Source: an uncultured Desulfatitalea sp.
GTDB lineage: Bacteria; Desulfobacterota; Desulfobacteria; Desulfobacterales; Desulfosarcinaceae
NCBI GenBank assembly: GCA_963668675.2
Contig: CAXXMB010000001.1
Location: forward strand, 1,248,001 to 1,312,000
DNA length: 64,000 bases
Reading direction: 5' to 3'
Below, piece after piece: positions 20,522 through 32,209 of this stretch (positions are counted from its first letter, which is position 1; every line of letters begins with the position of its first letter). The position numbers and the translations under genes were made by a program. The notes below the pieces were generated by a model. The model made no database searches, was not told where the DNA came from, and saw only the letters and a list, made by a program, of their open reading frames with translations.

Positions 20522-21575
20522 GCTGCAAAGCTTGGCTCTGATAGAAGGTAGTAAGGCCGTCAATGATCTCATCAAGCTCGCCCTGCAGGATGATCTCCAG
20601 CTTATAGAGGGTCAATCCGATGCGATGGTCGGTCACACGGCCTTGTGGAAAGTTGTAAGTGCGGATGCGTTCACTGCGATCACCGCTGCCCACCTGACTC
20701 CTGCGCTCCTCGGAGCGCTTGGCATCCTGCTCCTTGGTAATCTTGTCCAGCAAGCGTGCCCGTAGCACCTTCATCGCCTTGGCCTTGTTTTTATGCTGGG
20801 ACTTTTCATCCTGGCAACTTACCACCAGTCCGGAGGGCAGATGAGTAATCCGAACAGCCGAGTCTGTTGTGTTGACCGATTGCCCGCCCGGGCCTGCCGA
20901 TCGAAAAACATCGATTCTCAATTCATTGGGGTCGATGTCCACTTCTACATCTTCAGCCTCAGGCAATACGGCCACCGTGACCGCGGAGGTGTGAATCCGA
21001 CCCTGCGTTTCGGTTGTCGGCACACGCTGCACCCGGTGGGTGCCGCTTTCAAACTTCAGCCGACTATAGGCGCCTTTGCCCTTCACCATAACAATAACCT
21101 CTTTTAATCCTCCAACACCGGTCGTATGGTGGTCCATCACCTCCATTTTCCAGTTTCGCGCCTCGGCATATCGGCTATACATCTTATAAAGGTCGCCAGC
21201 AAAGAGACCGGCCTCGTCCCCGCCGGTACCCGCGCGTATCTCCAGCAAAACGTTCTTATCATCCAGAGGATCTTTAGGGATGAGTAGCTTCTTCAGCTCC
21301 TCCTCAATCTCCTCTTTTCGCTGGGTAAGCCGGTCGACCTCCTCTCTGGCAAGGTGCTTGATCCCGGGATCACTGTCCTTGAGAAGTTCGAGGCTCTCGT
21401 CCAGCTCCTGATCCACCTTTTGGTACTCCCTGAAGCTGCTGACAATCTCACTGATCTCGGAATGCTCCCGGGCATACTTCTGGTAAGCGGCGCGATCCTT
21501 CACCACCTCCGGGTCACTGAGCAATCCTTCCAGTTGACCAAAGCGATCTTCAACGCCTTTAAGTTTATTAAACAT
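20511..21575 (-). CDS. prfA: Peptide chain release factor 1
   Basis: GGQ motif, P.T (VPTTE) anticodon motif, RTYNFPQ. Confidence 0.97.
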   Translation of the reverse strand: MFNKLKGVEDRFGQLEGLLSDPEVVKDRAAYQKYAREHSEISEIVSSFREYQKVDQELDESLELLKDSDPGIKHLAREEVDRLTQRKEEIEEELKKLLIPKDPLDDKNVLLEIRAGTGGDEAGLFAGDLYKMYSRYAEARNWKMEVMDHHTTGVGGLKEVIVMVKGKGAYSRLKFESGTHRVQRVPTTETQGRIHTSAVTVAVLPEAEDVEVDIDPNELRIDVFRSAGPGGQSVNTTDSAVRITHLPSGLVVSCQDEKSQHKNKAKAMKVLRARLLDKITKEQDAKRSEERRSQVGSGDRSERIRTYNFPQGRVTDHRIGLTLYKLEIILQGELDEIIDGLTTFYQSQALQHEQ

Positions 21576-21775
21576 AATATCTCAACAATATTCAGTATTT
21601 TTTCTATACATCGCCTGCCGACACGTCCTGCACAATCCGTTCCCATAACCTTAAATAGACTTAAAATGTCACGCCTCAAACCGACCAGCGAAGTGGGCCC
21701 CATAATACGTCAAGCTGCCACCGCAAGGGTTGACAGCTTGAGAATGAGGTTCTCTTCGAACCGGATCGAACAGTG

Positions 21776-21988
21776 CTATTTGTCTTTCTGAAATTTTGCG
21801 TATTTTTTTCTGAAACGCTCGATACGCCCGGCCGTATCCACCAATTTCTGTTTTCCAGTAAAAAAGGGATGGCACTGGGAACAGATTTCGATAGATATCT
21901 CTTTCTTGGTCGAGCCGACGTTGAAAGTGTTCCCGCAGGCGCACTTGATAGTCGTCTCTTCGTATTTCGGATGAATATCTGTTTTCAT
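21776..21988 (-). CDS. rpmE: 50S ribosomal protein L31 (Cys/Zn type)
   Basis: MKTDIHPKY...CACG...[10 protein letters not shown]. Confidence 0.96.
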   Translation of the reverse strand: MKTDIHPKYEETTIKCACGNTFNVGSTKKEISIEICSQCHPFFTGKQKLVDTAGRIERFRKKYAKFQKDK

Positions 21989-22012
21989 AATAATTTCAAC
22001 CCCCTAAAAGCT

Positions 22013-23260
22013 TTATGCATTCATTGAATCTAAAAACTCTTTATTATCGCTGGTTCCTTGCATTTTATCAAGCACAAATTCGAGAGCATCAGCAGGATTG
22101 AGGGAGGCCAGCAGTTTTCGGAGAATCCAAACCCGGTTGAGTGTCTGCTCGTCGAGCAGCAACTCCTCCTTGCGCGTACCGGACTTTTTAATATCGATGG
22201 CCGGGAATATCCGTTTGTCGGCCAGTCTCCGATCCAGCTGAATCTCCATATTACCGGTGCCTTTGAACTCCTCGAAAATGACCTCATCCATGCGACTGCC
22301 GGTATCGATAAGCGCTGTGGCGATAATTGTCAAACTGCCGCCATCCTCAATATTGCGTGCCGCTCCAAAAAAGCGTTTGGGACGCTGCAGTGCGTTAGAG
22401 TCGACACCGCCGGACAATATTTTCCCCGAAGGCGGCATGACCGAGTTGTAGGCGCGTGCCAATCTGGTGATGCTATCAAGAAGAATGACCACATTTTTCT
22501 TATGCTCTACAAGGCGTTTGGCTTTTTCAATGACCATCTCAGCCACCTGAACATGGCGTTCAGCCGGTTCGTCGAAGGTGGAGCTGATCACCTCACCATT
22601 GACCGAGCGCTGCATATCGGTCACCTCTTCGGGACGTTCGTCGATGAGCAGGACGAAAAGCGTTATATCCTTATGATTCTTCGTAATACTATTGGCGATA
22701 CTCTGCAGCAGCATCGTCTTGCCCGAACGGGGAGGCGATACGATCAACCCCCTCTGCCCAAACCCCACCGGCGTCAGCAGATCCATGATCCGCGCGGAGT
22801 AGTTTTCTGGTTCCGTTTCCAGGTTGGTTTTCTCGTCCGGATATAAAGGTGTCAAATTGTCAAAAAGAATTTTGTCTCTGGCCGTTTCGGGGTCCTCATA
22901 ATTGATGGCCTCCACTTTGAGCAGTGCAAAATAGCGCTCGGACTCCTTCGGCTGTCGGATCTGGCCGGAAACGGTGTCACCTGTGCGTATATTGAAACGT
23001 CTGATCTGCGAGGGTGAAACATATATGTCATCAGGGCCAGGCAAATAGTTGTAACTTGGTGCGCGCAGAAATCCAAAACCATCCGGCAGAATTTCGAGAG
23101 TACCTTCTCCGTAGATCAGGCCATTTTTCTCGATTTGGGCCTGAAGCAAAGAGAAGATCAGCTCCTGCTTCCGCATTCCGGCATAGCCTTCGATCTTCAG
23201 CTTTTTGGCCATTTGGGTCAACTCATTGATTTTCATGCTTTTTAATTCAGAAACATTCAT
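22013..23260 (-). CDS. rho: Transcription termination factor Rho
   Basis: [33 protein letters not shown] and [11 protein letters not shown]. Confidence 0.98.
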   Translation of the reverse strand: MNVSELKSMKINELTQMAKKLKIEGYAGMRKQELIFSLLQAQIEKNGLIYGEGTLEILPDGFGFLRAPSYNYLPGPDDIYVSPSQIRRFNIRTGDTVSGQIRQPKESERYFALLKVEAINYEDPETARDKILFDNLTPLYPDEKTNLETEPENYSARIMDLLTPVGFGQRGLIVSPPRSGKTMLLQSIANSITKNHKDITLFVLLIDERPEEVTDMQRSVNGEVISSTFDEPAERHVQVAEMVIEKAKRLVEHKKNVVILLDSITRLARAYNSVMPPSGKILSGGVDSNALQRPKRFFGAARNIEDGGSLTIIATALIDTGSRMDEVIFEEFKGTGNMEIQLDRRLADKRIFPAIDIKKSGTRKEELLLDEQTLNRVWILRKLLASLNPADALEFVLDKMQGTSDNKEFLDSMNA

Positions 23261-23542
23261 TAACGCACTCCATTACAAGATCGTTTTCTATTTCCCTCGG
23301 GATGACGCTCAAGCGGCCCATTTGCTGTGTTATGAGCCAAAAGCAAATAGGTGAGCCGAACGCTCGAAACCCGTGCCAAACCGCTCGAAAAAAAATGCTT
23401 TTCCGTCAAATTGGGTGTTTCGCCCTTCCGATGATGGTGGAACAGTTGATAGCTATGGAGGAATAAGAAGTTATTTGTTTTCGGAGAAAATTGCTTCCAA
23501 GATTCTCTCCAACAGGGCGGGCTCCAACATACTGGGGAATTG

Positions 23543-23569
23543 ATTATATCAAGGTATTAGGCCTGTCAA
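23543..23569 (-). promoter_or_regulatory. Putative sigma70 promoter of the rho operon
   Basis: Minus strand TTGACA (23569-23564), 15-nt spacer ending in TGa, then TATAAT (23548-23543), an extended -10. Confidence 0.55.
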
Positions 23570-23782
23570 GCTTTTTTGATATGCGGCAGGGTCGTGATTT
23601 ATTGGCCTTTCTTTGAACACCGCGCTCTAAAGTCGGTGATCGGAAATATTGCCCATCCGTCAGCTCCGGAATCTGCATTCCATTTACGGTTCGGATCAGC
23701 GGCATAAAAGAAAAAACGCTTGTGGTGCAGAACCGCGCCACAAGCGTTATATGCACAAACCCGCTACCAATCTGACGTTCAA

Positions 23783-24451
<669 letters not shown>

Positions 24452-24500
24452 TTATAATTTAACGTATTATTGGGGTTTTTATCGTGAATTTCATTGCGCA

Positions 24501-24530
24501 TGATACCACATTAAGTGATACCACATTAAG
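24501..24530. repeat. Perfect 15-bp tandem duplication TGATACCACATTAAG x2
   Basis: Read directly at 24501-24515 and 24516-24530. Confidence 0.95.
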
Positions 24531-24829
24531 GGTGCTGTAAAGCTGTCGAATATTACCGAAACATCGTTTGGTGTCAACCCAATTATGCCACGACGGAACG
24601 ATCGTGGCGACCGTTCTAAACCCCCTGATACGCTTTGCGACGTTGACACGATTTGCGTATACGGATACCTTTCATCCATTATATGAATTTGCCGTCAAAG
24701 CTGTTTCCTGTGAAATTGGAGTTGCAATCTCCCTAAAATCTGTATATAGATCCGTTTTCGCTTAATTGCTGCACCAAATAAACATCCGTGAAGCGCACTA
24801 TGTGGGATGGAACGAAGGGGGCGAGATAG

Positions 24830-25036
24830 TTGAAAGAGATTACCGTTAGGGTGCAAGATAACGACCTTGAAAAAGCCATGCGGATTTTGAAAAAGAAAAT
24901 TCAGAACGATGGCCTTTTCAAGCGGTTAAAGCTTAAGAAAAGCTACGAGAAGCCGAGCGAATACCGCCGCCGGAAACAGCGCGAAGCGCTTAGACGGCAG
25001 CGCATCGCAGCAGCACGCAGAAAAAGATTTCGCTAA
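24830..25036 (+). CDS. rpsU: 30S ribosomal protein S21
   Basis: 'LEKAMRILKKK...YEKPSE.RRRK'; TTG start. Confidence 0.9.
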   Translation: MKEITVRVQDNDLEKAMRILKKKIQNDGLFKRLKLKKSYEKPSEYRRRKQREALRRQRIAAARRKRFR

Positions 25037-25186
25037 ATACAAAAGTGTTGCCACATATAGAGCCCGGTTGTCACCACAAATGACGCCGGGTTCTTCTGTT
25101 TTAAATCTCTTACGATGCCCTGGGCTACAAGAAGCAATCAATCCGAACCGGTTGAATCAGTGGAAGCATCGTATCAGGAGGTTGCC

Positions 25187-26518
25187 ATGGGCGATTCAGA
25201 GTACCACAACGCTTTGGCGTCGATGTTCCGTTTGCATCGATTCGGTATCAAACTGGGGCTGGATACCATTACCGCAATGCTCTCTGCCCTGGGGGATCCC
25301 CATAAGCAGTTTAAAACCATTCATATTGCCGGCACCAACGGGAAGGGCTCTGTCGCTGCGATGCTGACAGCTATCCTGAGAGCCTCGGGATACTCGGTGG
25401 GGCGCTATACTTCCCCCCACCTCGAACGTTTCAATGAAAGAATCTGCATTGATGACCAACCCATCTCCGATGATGAGGTGGTCATGGATTATCAACAGGT
25501 TATGGCGATCGAGGATTTACCCCGCCAACCGACCTTCTTTGAATTCACAACGGCAATGGCGTTTGAGGCCTTTGCCCGCCACCAGGTTGAGTGGGCCGTT
25601 ATTGAGACAGGCATGGGGGGGCGCCTGGATGCGACCAGCGTGATCGACCCCGTGCTCAGCATCATCACCAACATCTCTCTGGAGCACAAACAATACTTGG
25701 GCGGTACGCTACCGCTTATTGCCGGCGAAAAGGCCGGCATCATCAAACCGAAGGTGCCTGTTGTCAGCGGCGTCCGACAAAAAACAGCCCGAGCGGTCAT
25801 CGCCCGAAAAGCGGCCAAAGAGCGCGCCAGATTGATTCAGATGGGCAATGATGTCAAGTACCGACGCCATGCTACGAAGGGCTTCAGCTATTTCGGCCTC
25901 TATCACCGTTGGCGCAACATCCAGATGAGTTTGGCTGGAGAACATCAGGTCGACAATGCATCCCTGGTGCTGGCGGCCTGCGAACTCCTGGATCACAACC
26001 GTATAGCAGATATCGACGAAGCGTCCGTGCGCAAGGGGTTGATTTCGGCCTCGTGGTCGGGACGCCTCGAAATCGCATGCAAAGCGCCGTTTGTGATTCT
26101 GGATGGCGCCCACAATCTGATGGCCGCCCGGGTTCTCGGTCGCTATCTAAAACGCCATTTCAGCGATCGGGATATAACGCTGGTGGTCGGTGTTCTCGAT
26201 GACAAACCCTATGCATCGATTCTGAAAGATCTGATCGGCCCCAGTCGCCGTGTTGTGGTCACCCAGCCCCGAATCGATCGAGCGGTTCCTGTTGAGCGCC
26301 TGGCAAGTGTGGCGAAGCGCTTCAACGAAAATGTGACGATCGAGAAAGATGTGGGCGACGCCCTGAGATATGCGATATCCTCAAGCAGTCCGGAAGACGT
26401 GATCTGTGTAGCCGGATCGCTATATGTCGTAGGAGAGGCCAAGACGGCTTTGACTGAGATGGTAAAAGCCGGGGCAGAACCGAATCCGTGCCTTGACTTG
26501 AAACGGAAGATCCATTAA
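25187..26518 (+). CDS. folC: Folylpolyglutamate/dihydrofolate synthase
   Basis: HIAGTNGKGS, YTSPHL, ETGMGGRLDAT, DGAHN and GSLY; AGGAGG before ATG 25187. Confidence 0.95.
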   Translation: MGDSEYHNALASMFRLHRFGIKLGLDTITAMLSALGDPHKQFKTIHIAGTNGKGSVAAMLTAILRASGYSVGRYTSPHLERFNERICIDDQPISDDEVVMDYQQVMAIEDLPRQPTFFEFTTAMAFEAFARHQVEWAVIETGMGGRLDATSVIDPVLSIITNISLEHKQYLGGTLPLIAGEKAGIIKPKVPVVSGVRQKTARAVIARKAAKERARLIQMGNDVKYRRHATKGFSYFGLYHRWRNIQMSLAGEHQVDNASLVLAACELLDHNRIADIDEASVRKGLISASWSGRLEIACKAPFVILDGAHNLMAARVLGRYLKRHFSDRDITLVVGVLDDKPYASILKDLIGPSRRVVVTQPRIDRAVPVERLASVAKRFNENVTIEKDVGDALRYAISSSSPEDVICVAGSLYVVGEAKTALTEMVKAGAEPNPCLDLKRKIH

Positions 26519-26521
26519 TCT
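26493..26521 (+). promoter_or_regulatory. Putative sigma70 promoter for tRNA-Arg, inside the folC 3' end
   Basis: TTGACT (26493-26498)-N17-TAATCT (26516-26521), 12 nt before the tRNA. Confidence 0.6.
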
Positions 26522-26533
26522 TCCTCAAATTGC

Positions 26534-26609
26534 GCGCCCGTAGCTCAGTGGATAGAGCACCAGCCTCCGGAGCTGGGAGTCGTTGGTTCGATCCCAACCG
26601 GGCGTACCA
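26534..26609 (+). tRNA. tRNA-Arg (CCG)
   Basis: Acceptor stem GCGCCCG/CGGGCGT, D arm, anticodon stem CCAGC-CTCCGGA-GCTGG, GGTTCGATCC T-loop, encoded CCA. Confidence 0.97.
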
Positions 26610-26755
26610 TGACAGCCTATAGGGCCCAGATTACCATCTGTGCCCTATTTTTTTCTCTTTGCCCCTCTCGCCAACTATGGGTCATTGCCACAGATGCGAT
26701 GGTGGCATGCCTTGATCTTGCAAACAATTTCATAGGTGATTATAGTCCAATCATT

Positions 26756-28603
26756 ATGGATACTCTAAACGAAAAATTTCCCGATCCAAAAGAGCTGGAA
26801 AAAGAGTTAGGCAATTTCCTGACCAAAAAATTCGGCGGATCCGTCAAGTTGGCCACCCCGATCGTCGTGCCCCAGGCCGAAGAGAGTGACCCGGAGGAAA
26901 AACCGGTTGATGGTTCGATCAAGATCAATTTTGATTTAAAGCCGGAAGAGCTCATCGCCTATCTGGATCAGTACATCATCAAACAGGACCAAGCCAAAGC
27001 GATCCTCTCGACCAAAATCTGCACCCATTTCAATCGTATCCGCCACAAGCAATCTTCTCCCAACGCGGTGGCCGATATGGTGGGCAGCATCAAAAACAAC
27101 ATTATCATGCTCGGGCCAACCGGTGTCGGGAAAACCTACATGATTCGCCTGATCGCCCACAAAATCGGCGTTCCGTTTGTCAAAGGCGACGCCACCAAGT
27201 TCAGTGAGACCGGTTACGTGGGTGGAGACGTCGAGGATCTCATCCGCGATTTGGTGCGCGAAGCAGATGGCGATATCGATAGTGCCCAGTTTGGTATTGT
27301 CTACATTGATGAGATCGACAAAATTGCATCGGCGCGGAACCTGGTTGGCGCAGATGTATCCCGAACCGGTGTTCAGCGCGCATTGCTGAAGCCGATGGAA
27401 GAGACCGAGGTTGATTTAAAGGTTCCGCACGATCCGATATCGATGATTCAGGAGATCGAACGGTTTCGTAAAACCGGTCATCGGGACAAATCGACTGTCA
27501 ACACAAAAAATATTCTCTTTATCATGAGCGGCGCTTTCTCAGGGCTTGAAAAAATTATCAATAAACGGATGACAGACCAGCCGATTGGTTTTGGTGCGAA
27601 TCTTGGCAAACAGAGCAACGCCTCGGAAGTTTTAAATCAGGTGAAATCGGAAGACCTGATCAATTTCGGTTTCGAATCCGAATTTGTGGGACGCCTTCCC
27701 GTCCGTGCGGTCTTCGAGCATCTCTCTGAAGAGGATCTGTATGACATCCTGAGCAATCCGAACAATCCGATCATCATAGGCAAAAAAATCGATTTTGCCG
27801 CTTACGGTATCAACGTAAGGTTTGGAGATGATGGCTTGCACCTCTTGGCCAAAAAGGCTTTTTCCGAGGGCACTGGCGCGAGAGGATTGGTCAGCGCTGT
27901 CGAGGGAGCCCTCCTATGCTTCGAAAGGCGATTGCCTTCCACCAAGATCCGCCAATTTGCAGTTACCGAAGATGTTATCACCCATGCCAGGGAGTGGCTG
28001 CTGAAACTGGAACCCCAACCGGATCATCCCGAGATGAAATCGATATGTGAAAACGTCCGCAACGAGGAAAAGTCAAAACTGATGCGATATGTTGCGGCCA
28101 ATAAATCCCATCTCTGCGACAAATTCGGAATCCCCCTTACACCCTTTAGGATCGATCTAATTGCCGATTACTACACGGCTCACACGCTGGATATCAATGG
28201 CGTTTTCGAATGGTTCCTATCGTTCTACGAACAGATTAAGACCATCGAGATGAAATTTCTAAAAAAACATGGCATCAACATTGTGTTTGAGGAGGACGCC
28301 ATCGATCACATTTTCACACAGTGGATAGCGGGCGCGTCGGACCTCGATGCCATTTACAAGCAATTGAGCGAAAACTTGGAATATGGGCTGAAGCTGGTTC
28401 GCGAGAAAACCGGGCGCAACCGCTTCTTCCTGACCCAACAAGCGCTTGATGCCCCGGAACAATTTATCAGTCAACTGCTTACAGAGGCACAGGATCTTCA
28501 CGACAATCCCATCTCCCTGGCCGCTAAAGATAATGGCCTGGAAAAGACCGGCACAGGAAGGGACAGTGCCGGAAAGGATAGTATCGGAAAGGATAGCAAT
28601 TAG
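26756..28603 (+). CDS. ClpX-like AAA+ ATPase without N-terminal zinc finger, with C-terminal extension
   Basis: GPTGVGKT, DATKFSETGYVG.DVE, YIDEIDKI, GVQRALLK, IGF loop and TGARGL. ATG 26756 chosen because the 26609 start overlaps the tRNA. Confidence 0.8.
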   Translation: MDTLNEKFPDPKELEKELGNFLTKKFGGSVKLATPIVVPQAEESDPEEKPVDGSIKINFDLKPEELIAYLDQYIIKQDQAKAILSTKICTHFNRIRHKQSSPNAVADMVGSIKNNIIMLGPTGVGKTYMIRLIAHKIGVPFVKGDATKFSETGYVGGDVEDLIRDLVREADGDIDSAQFGIVYIDEIDKIASARNLVGADVSRTGVQRALLKPMEETEVDLKVPHDPISMIQEIERFRKTGHRDKSTVNTKNILFIMSGAFSGLEKIINKRMTDQPIGFGANLGKQSNASEVLNQVKSEDLINFGFESEFVGRLPVRAVFEHLSEEDLYDILSNPNNPIIIGKKIDFAAYGINVRFGDDGLHLLAKKAFSEGTGARGLVSAVEGALLCFERRLPSTKIRQFAVTEDVITHAREWLLKLEPQPDHPEMKSICENVRNEEKSKLMRYVAANKSHLCDKFGIPLTPFRIDLIADYYTAHTLDINGVFEWFLSFYEQIKTIEMKFLKKHGINIVFEEDAIDHIFTQWIAGASDLDAIYKQLSENLEYGLKLVREKTGRNRFFLTQQALDAPEQFISQLLTEAQDLHDNPISLAAKDNGLEKTGTGRDSAGKDSIGKDSN

Positions 28604-29791
28604 ATGATCGGTATCTCTAAACTTTACTGTGGCACGGTAGAGCCCAGTGACGCTCTACGCTACGGCCGCCACTCTTCTCAACTGCCCAGTCACCTGCTTC
28701 AATTTTCCGAGGACAAACGACCGGTGATCGTTTGGAATATCACCAAGGCCTGCAACCTTAAATGCGTCCATTGCTACGCACATGCCACTGAAAATAGTAC
28801 TTCGGACGAACTGAGCACCGAGGAGGGTTTTCGGTTGATTGATGATTTGGCCGCCTTCGGATCACCAGTACTTCTCTTCTCCGGAGGCGAACCTCTGGTG
28901 CGCAAAGATCTTCCCGAGCTTGCAGCGTATGCCGTCGACAAAGGGATGCGCGCCGTCATCAGCACCAATGGTACCCTTATCGACCGAAATACGGCTCGCA
29001 ACCTCAAGCAGATCGGATTATCCTATGTCGGCATCAGTCTCGATGGGCTGGAGCCAGTCAATGACCACTTCCGCGGCGTCAAAGGCGCATTTGCAAAAGC
29101 GATGGAAGGCATCCGCAATTGCCAGGAAGCCGGCATCAAGGTGGGGTTGCGCTTTACCATGAACAAACGCAACGCGAATGAAATTCCGGGCATCTTCGAC
29201 CTGCTGGAGGAGATGGAGATCCCCCGTGTTTGCTTTTACCATCTTGTCTATGCAGGGCGCGGCTCTGCACTGATAAAGGAGGACCTGTCCCACCAGGAGA
29301 CCCGAGAAGCCGTCGATCTGATCATCGAGCGAACAAAACGGCTTCATGACATGGGCAAACCCAAAGAGGTCCTCACTGTTGACAACCATGCCGACGGCCC
29401 CTATCTCTATCTGCGTTTGAAAGAGGTCGATCCCAAGCGGGCTGAAGAGGTTATGGAGCTGTTAAAAATGAACGAAGGCAACAGTTCCGGGCGCGGTATC
29501 GGCTGCGTCAGTTGGGATGGCAACGTTTATGCGGATCAATTCTGGCGCCATCACAGCTTCGGCAATGTCCGTCAACGGCCGTTCTCCCAAATATGGACCG
29601 ATCCGGAAGACCGTTTTTTGCAGCGTTTAAAAGAGAAGAAAATTCATGTACAGGGGCGTTGTGCCACATGCCGCTGGCTTGACGTCTGCGGTGGCAACTT
29701 CCGTGTACGGGCCGAGGCGGTCAGCGGCAATGTCTGGGCACCCGATCCGGCATGTTATCTAACGGACGAAGAGATTGCCCAATCGCTTTGA
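28604..29791 (+). CDS. ahbC: 12,18-didecarboxysiroheme deacetylase (radical SAM, NirJ1-like)
   Basis: MIGISKLYCG N-terminus, CNLKCVHC, 'EVLTVDNHADG' and SPASM cysteines; adjacent to hemB. Confidence 0.9.
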   Translation: MIGISKLYCGTVEPSDALRYGRHSSQLPSHLLQFSEDKRPVIVWNITKACNLKCVHCYAHATENSTSDELSTEEGFRLIDDLAAFGSPVLLFSGGEPLVRKDLPELAAYAVDKGMRAVISTNGTLIDRNTARNLKQIGLSYVGISLDGLEPVNDHFRGVKGAFAKAMEGIRNCQEAGIKVGLRFTMNKRNANEIPGIFDLLEEMEIPRVCFYHLVYAGRGSALIKEDLSHQETREAVDLIIERTKRLHDMGKPKEVLTVDNHADGPYLYLRLKEVDPKRAEEVMELLKMNEGNSSGRGIGCVSWDGNVYADQFWRHHSFGNVRQRPFSQIWTDPEDRFLQRLKEKKIHVQGRCATCRWLDVCGGNFRVRAEAVSGNVWAPDPACYLTDEEIAQSL

Positions 29792-29892
29792 GATCCTTCG
29801 GGGAAATAGATCCGACACACTGCGAAGCAAAGGGTTCTGCATGATGCTGCCCGTTCTTGAACACTCTCTATAATCAGACCAAGGAGACGACG

Positions 29893-30873
29893 ATGCTGTT
29901 TCCAGACTATCGCCCACGACGCATGCGTCAAAATGAAGCATTCAGACGAATGGTCCGAGAAACCCACCTTAACGTAGACGATTTGATCCTGCCTCTGTTT
30001 GCCACCCACGGTAAAGATGTGAAAAATCCAATCCCCTCGATGCCGGGGCATTTTCAACTTTCGATCAACCACGTTGCGACTGCTGCTCAACATGCTTTAC
30101 GCCTGGGCATACCTGCTATCATCCTTTTCGGCATTCCTCCCAAAAAGGATGCCCTCGGGACTCAGGCCTACGCCCAAAATGGCATTGTGCAAAATGCCAT
30201 ACGGGCCATCAAGGAGAAATCCCCTGAACTTCTTGTGATTACGGATGTCTGCCTATGTGAATATACCGACCACGGCCATTGCGGTGTGGTCGAGGGCAAT
30301 ACCGTCGATAACGATGCGACCCTTGATCTGCTCGCCAGAACCGCCCTCTCACATGCCAAGGCCGGCGCCGACATGGTGGCTCCGTCGGACATGATGGATG
30401 GCCGGGTGACCGAAATACGTAACGCCTTGGATGAATCGAACTTCAGCCACATTCCGATCATGTCCTACGCCGCTAAATACTGTTCGGCTTTTTATGGACC
30501 GTTCAGAGAAGCGGCCGAATCGGCGCCCAAGTTCGGCGATCGGCGTTCGTATCAAATGGACCCGGCCAATGCACAGGAGGCCATCCGGGAAGTCTCAATG
30601 GATGTCGAAGAAGGGGCCGACATTGTCATGGTCAAACCGGCCCTTCCCTATCTGGACATCATCTGCCGCGTCAAAGAAGAGTTCGACCTCCCTGTAGCCG
30701 CCTACAATGTCAGCGGAGAATTTGCCATGATAAAGGCGGCCGCCAAACAGGGGTGGCTGGACGAAAAGCGATCCATGATGGAGATGCTGACGTCCATCAA
30801 AAGGGCCGGTGCAGATATGATCCTGACCTATTTTGCTGTCGAAGCGGCTATGATGTTACAGGATAAACAGTAG
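29893..30873 (+). CDS. hemB: Porphobilinogen synthase (Zn type)
   Basis: [28 protein letters not shown] and AYNVSGE; AAGGAG before ATG 29893. Confidence 0.96.
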   Translation: MLFPDYRPRRMRQNEAFRRMVRETHLNVDDLILPLFATHGKDVKNPIPSMPGHFQLSINHVATAAQHALRLGIPAIILFGIPPKKDALGTQAYAQNGIVQNAIRAIKEKSPELLVITDVCLCEYTDHGHCGVVEGNTVDNDATLDLLARTALSHAKAGADMVAPSDMMDGRVTEIRNALDESNFSHIPIMSYAAKYCSAFYGPFREAAESAPKFGDRRSYQMDPANAQEAIREVSMDVEEGADIVMVKPALPYLDIICRVKEEFDLPVAAYNVSGEFAMIKAAAKQGWLDEKRSMMEMLTSIKRAGADMILTYFAVEAAMMLQDKQ

Positions 30874-30918
30874 AGACAAAGCGATCAAGACGGAGATCCG
30901 GAAAGACAGGCGATTAAG

Positions 30919-32022
30919 ATGAACCACCCCCATATCGACCACCATAAGCAACAAAGTGGCTCTCCAGCCCGGGAAACCGGCATTCCTCAATTGCGACTCG
31001 TGGCCTGGGAGACAACGCGCAATTGCAATCTCTCCTGCGTTCACTGCCGCGCTTCGGCCACTTGCGGCCCGTACGAAGGAGAACTGGATACCACAGCGGC
31101 GTTTCAGTTGCTTGATCAAATTGCCAAGGTGGCAAAGCCGATTGTCATTTTGACCGGTGGAGAACCATTGATGCGCGCAGACATTTTCGACATCGCCAAA
31201 TATGGCACTGGATTGGGCCTGCGAATGGTCATGGCGCCAAACGGCACCATGGTCACAGCGGATGTCGCCAAGAGACTTGCCGAAGTTGGCATCCAGCGCA
31301 TCAGCGTCAGCATCGATGGCGCCAACGAAGAGAGCCATGACCGCTTCAGAGGGGTCCAAGGCGCCTATCGAGGTGCCTTGCAGGGGATCGAAAACGCAAA
31401 ATCGGCGGGTATTGCGTTCCAAATCAACACGACGGTGACGAAGACCAACCTTGATCAAATCCCTAAGATTTTGACCCTTGCCGAAGAGCTTGGTGCAGTG
31501 GCTCATCATATATTTCTTCTGGTACCGACGGGTCGCGGGAAGTATATTGTCGACCAGGAAATCAACGCGCGCGAATACGAAGAGACACTGAACTGGTTCT
31601 ATGACCAACGGAACAAGACGCCGCTTCAGCTCAAGGCCACCTGCGCCCCCCATTACCATCGAATTTTACGTCAGCGGGCAAAAGCGGATGGAGAGACGGT
31701 CACATTTGAGAGTCATGGATTGGATGCGGTGACACGCGGATGCCTGGCGGGCACCGGTTTCTGCTTCGTCTCCCATCGCGGTATCGTTCAGCCATGCGGA
31801 TTTCTCGACCTGAATTGCGGAGATGTCACAAAAGAGCCATTCAACGAGATATGGGTCAACTCGGCACAATTCAAAGAGCTGCGCGACACCAATCGTCTTA
31901 AGGGCAAGTGCGGTATATGTGAATATCGCAAGGTTTGTGGTGGTTGTCGTGCCAGAGCCTTCGAAGCGACCGGCGATTTCATGGATGAAGAGCCACTGTG
32001 TCTATACCAACCTTCGTCGTAA
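30919..32022 (+). CDS. ahbD: Heme b synthase (radical SAM, NirJ2-like)
   Basis: RLVAWETTRNCNLSCVHC, LKATCAPHY, RGCLAG and CGGCRARA. Confidence 0.9.
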   Translation: MNHPHIDHHKQQSGSPARETGIPQLRLVAWETTRNCNLSCVHCRASATCGPYEGELDTTAAFQLLDQIAKVAKPIVILTGGEPLMRADIFDIAKYGTGLGLRMVMAPNGTMVTADVAKRLAEVGIQRISVSIDGANEESHDRFRGVQGAYRGALQGIENAKSAGIAFQINTTVTKTNLDQIPKILTLAEELGAVAHHIFLLVPTGRGKYIVDQEINAREYEETLNWFYDQRNKTPLQLKATCAPHYHRILRQRAKADGETVTFESHGLDAVTRGCLAGTGFCFVSHRGIVQPCGFLDLNCGDVTKEPFNEIWVNSAQFKELRDTNRLKGKCGICEYRKVCGGCRARAFEATGDFMDEEPLCLYQPSS

Positions 32023-32209
32023 GGGTAATCTGTCCGGCGCGTAGCCCCGCTCCCTGGCGCGCACTATCTTCCCTCCCGCGGATTGATCCTTAAAAAAGCG
32101 CTTGTTCGATCTCTTTGTTCGATGTTAGATTGGTTTTATCGGCATCAAAAATGGATGGTCCCATAAAAACGATCCGATGGTGGATACACGCCATAGAAAG
32201 GACCGTTCG

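Noticed and set aside
24501..24530. Direct repeat as a possible CRISPR remnant
   Set aside because: Only two adjacent 15-bp copies, no spacer and no cas genes in the window.
26609..26755. N-terminal extension of the ClpX-like ORF from ATG 26609
   Set aside because: The start overlaps the tRNA CCA end and lacks an RBS; ATG 26756 is more plausible.
26534..26760. tRNA-Arg as an island integration site
   Set aside because: No integrase nearby and I saw no duplicated tRNA 3' end; the flanks are housekeeping genes.
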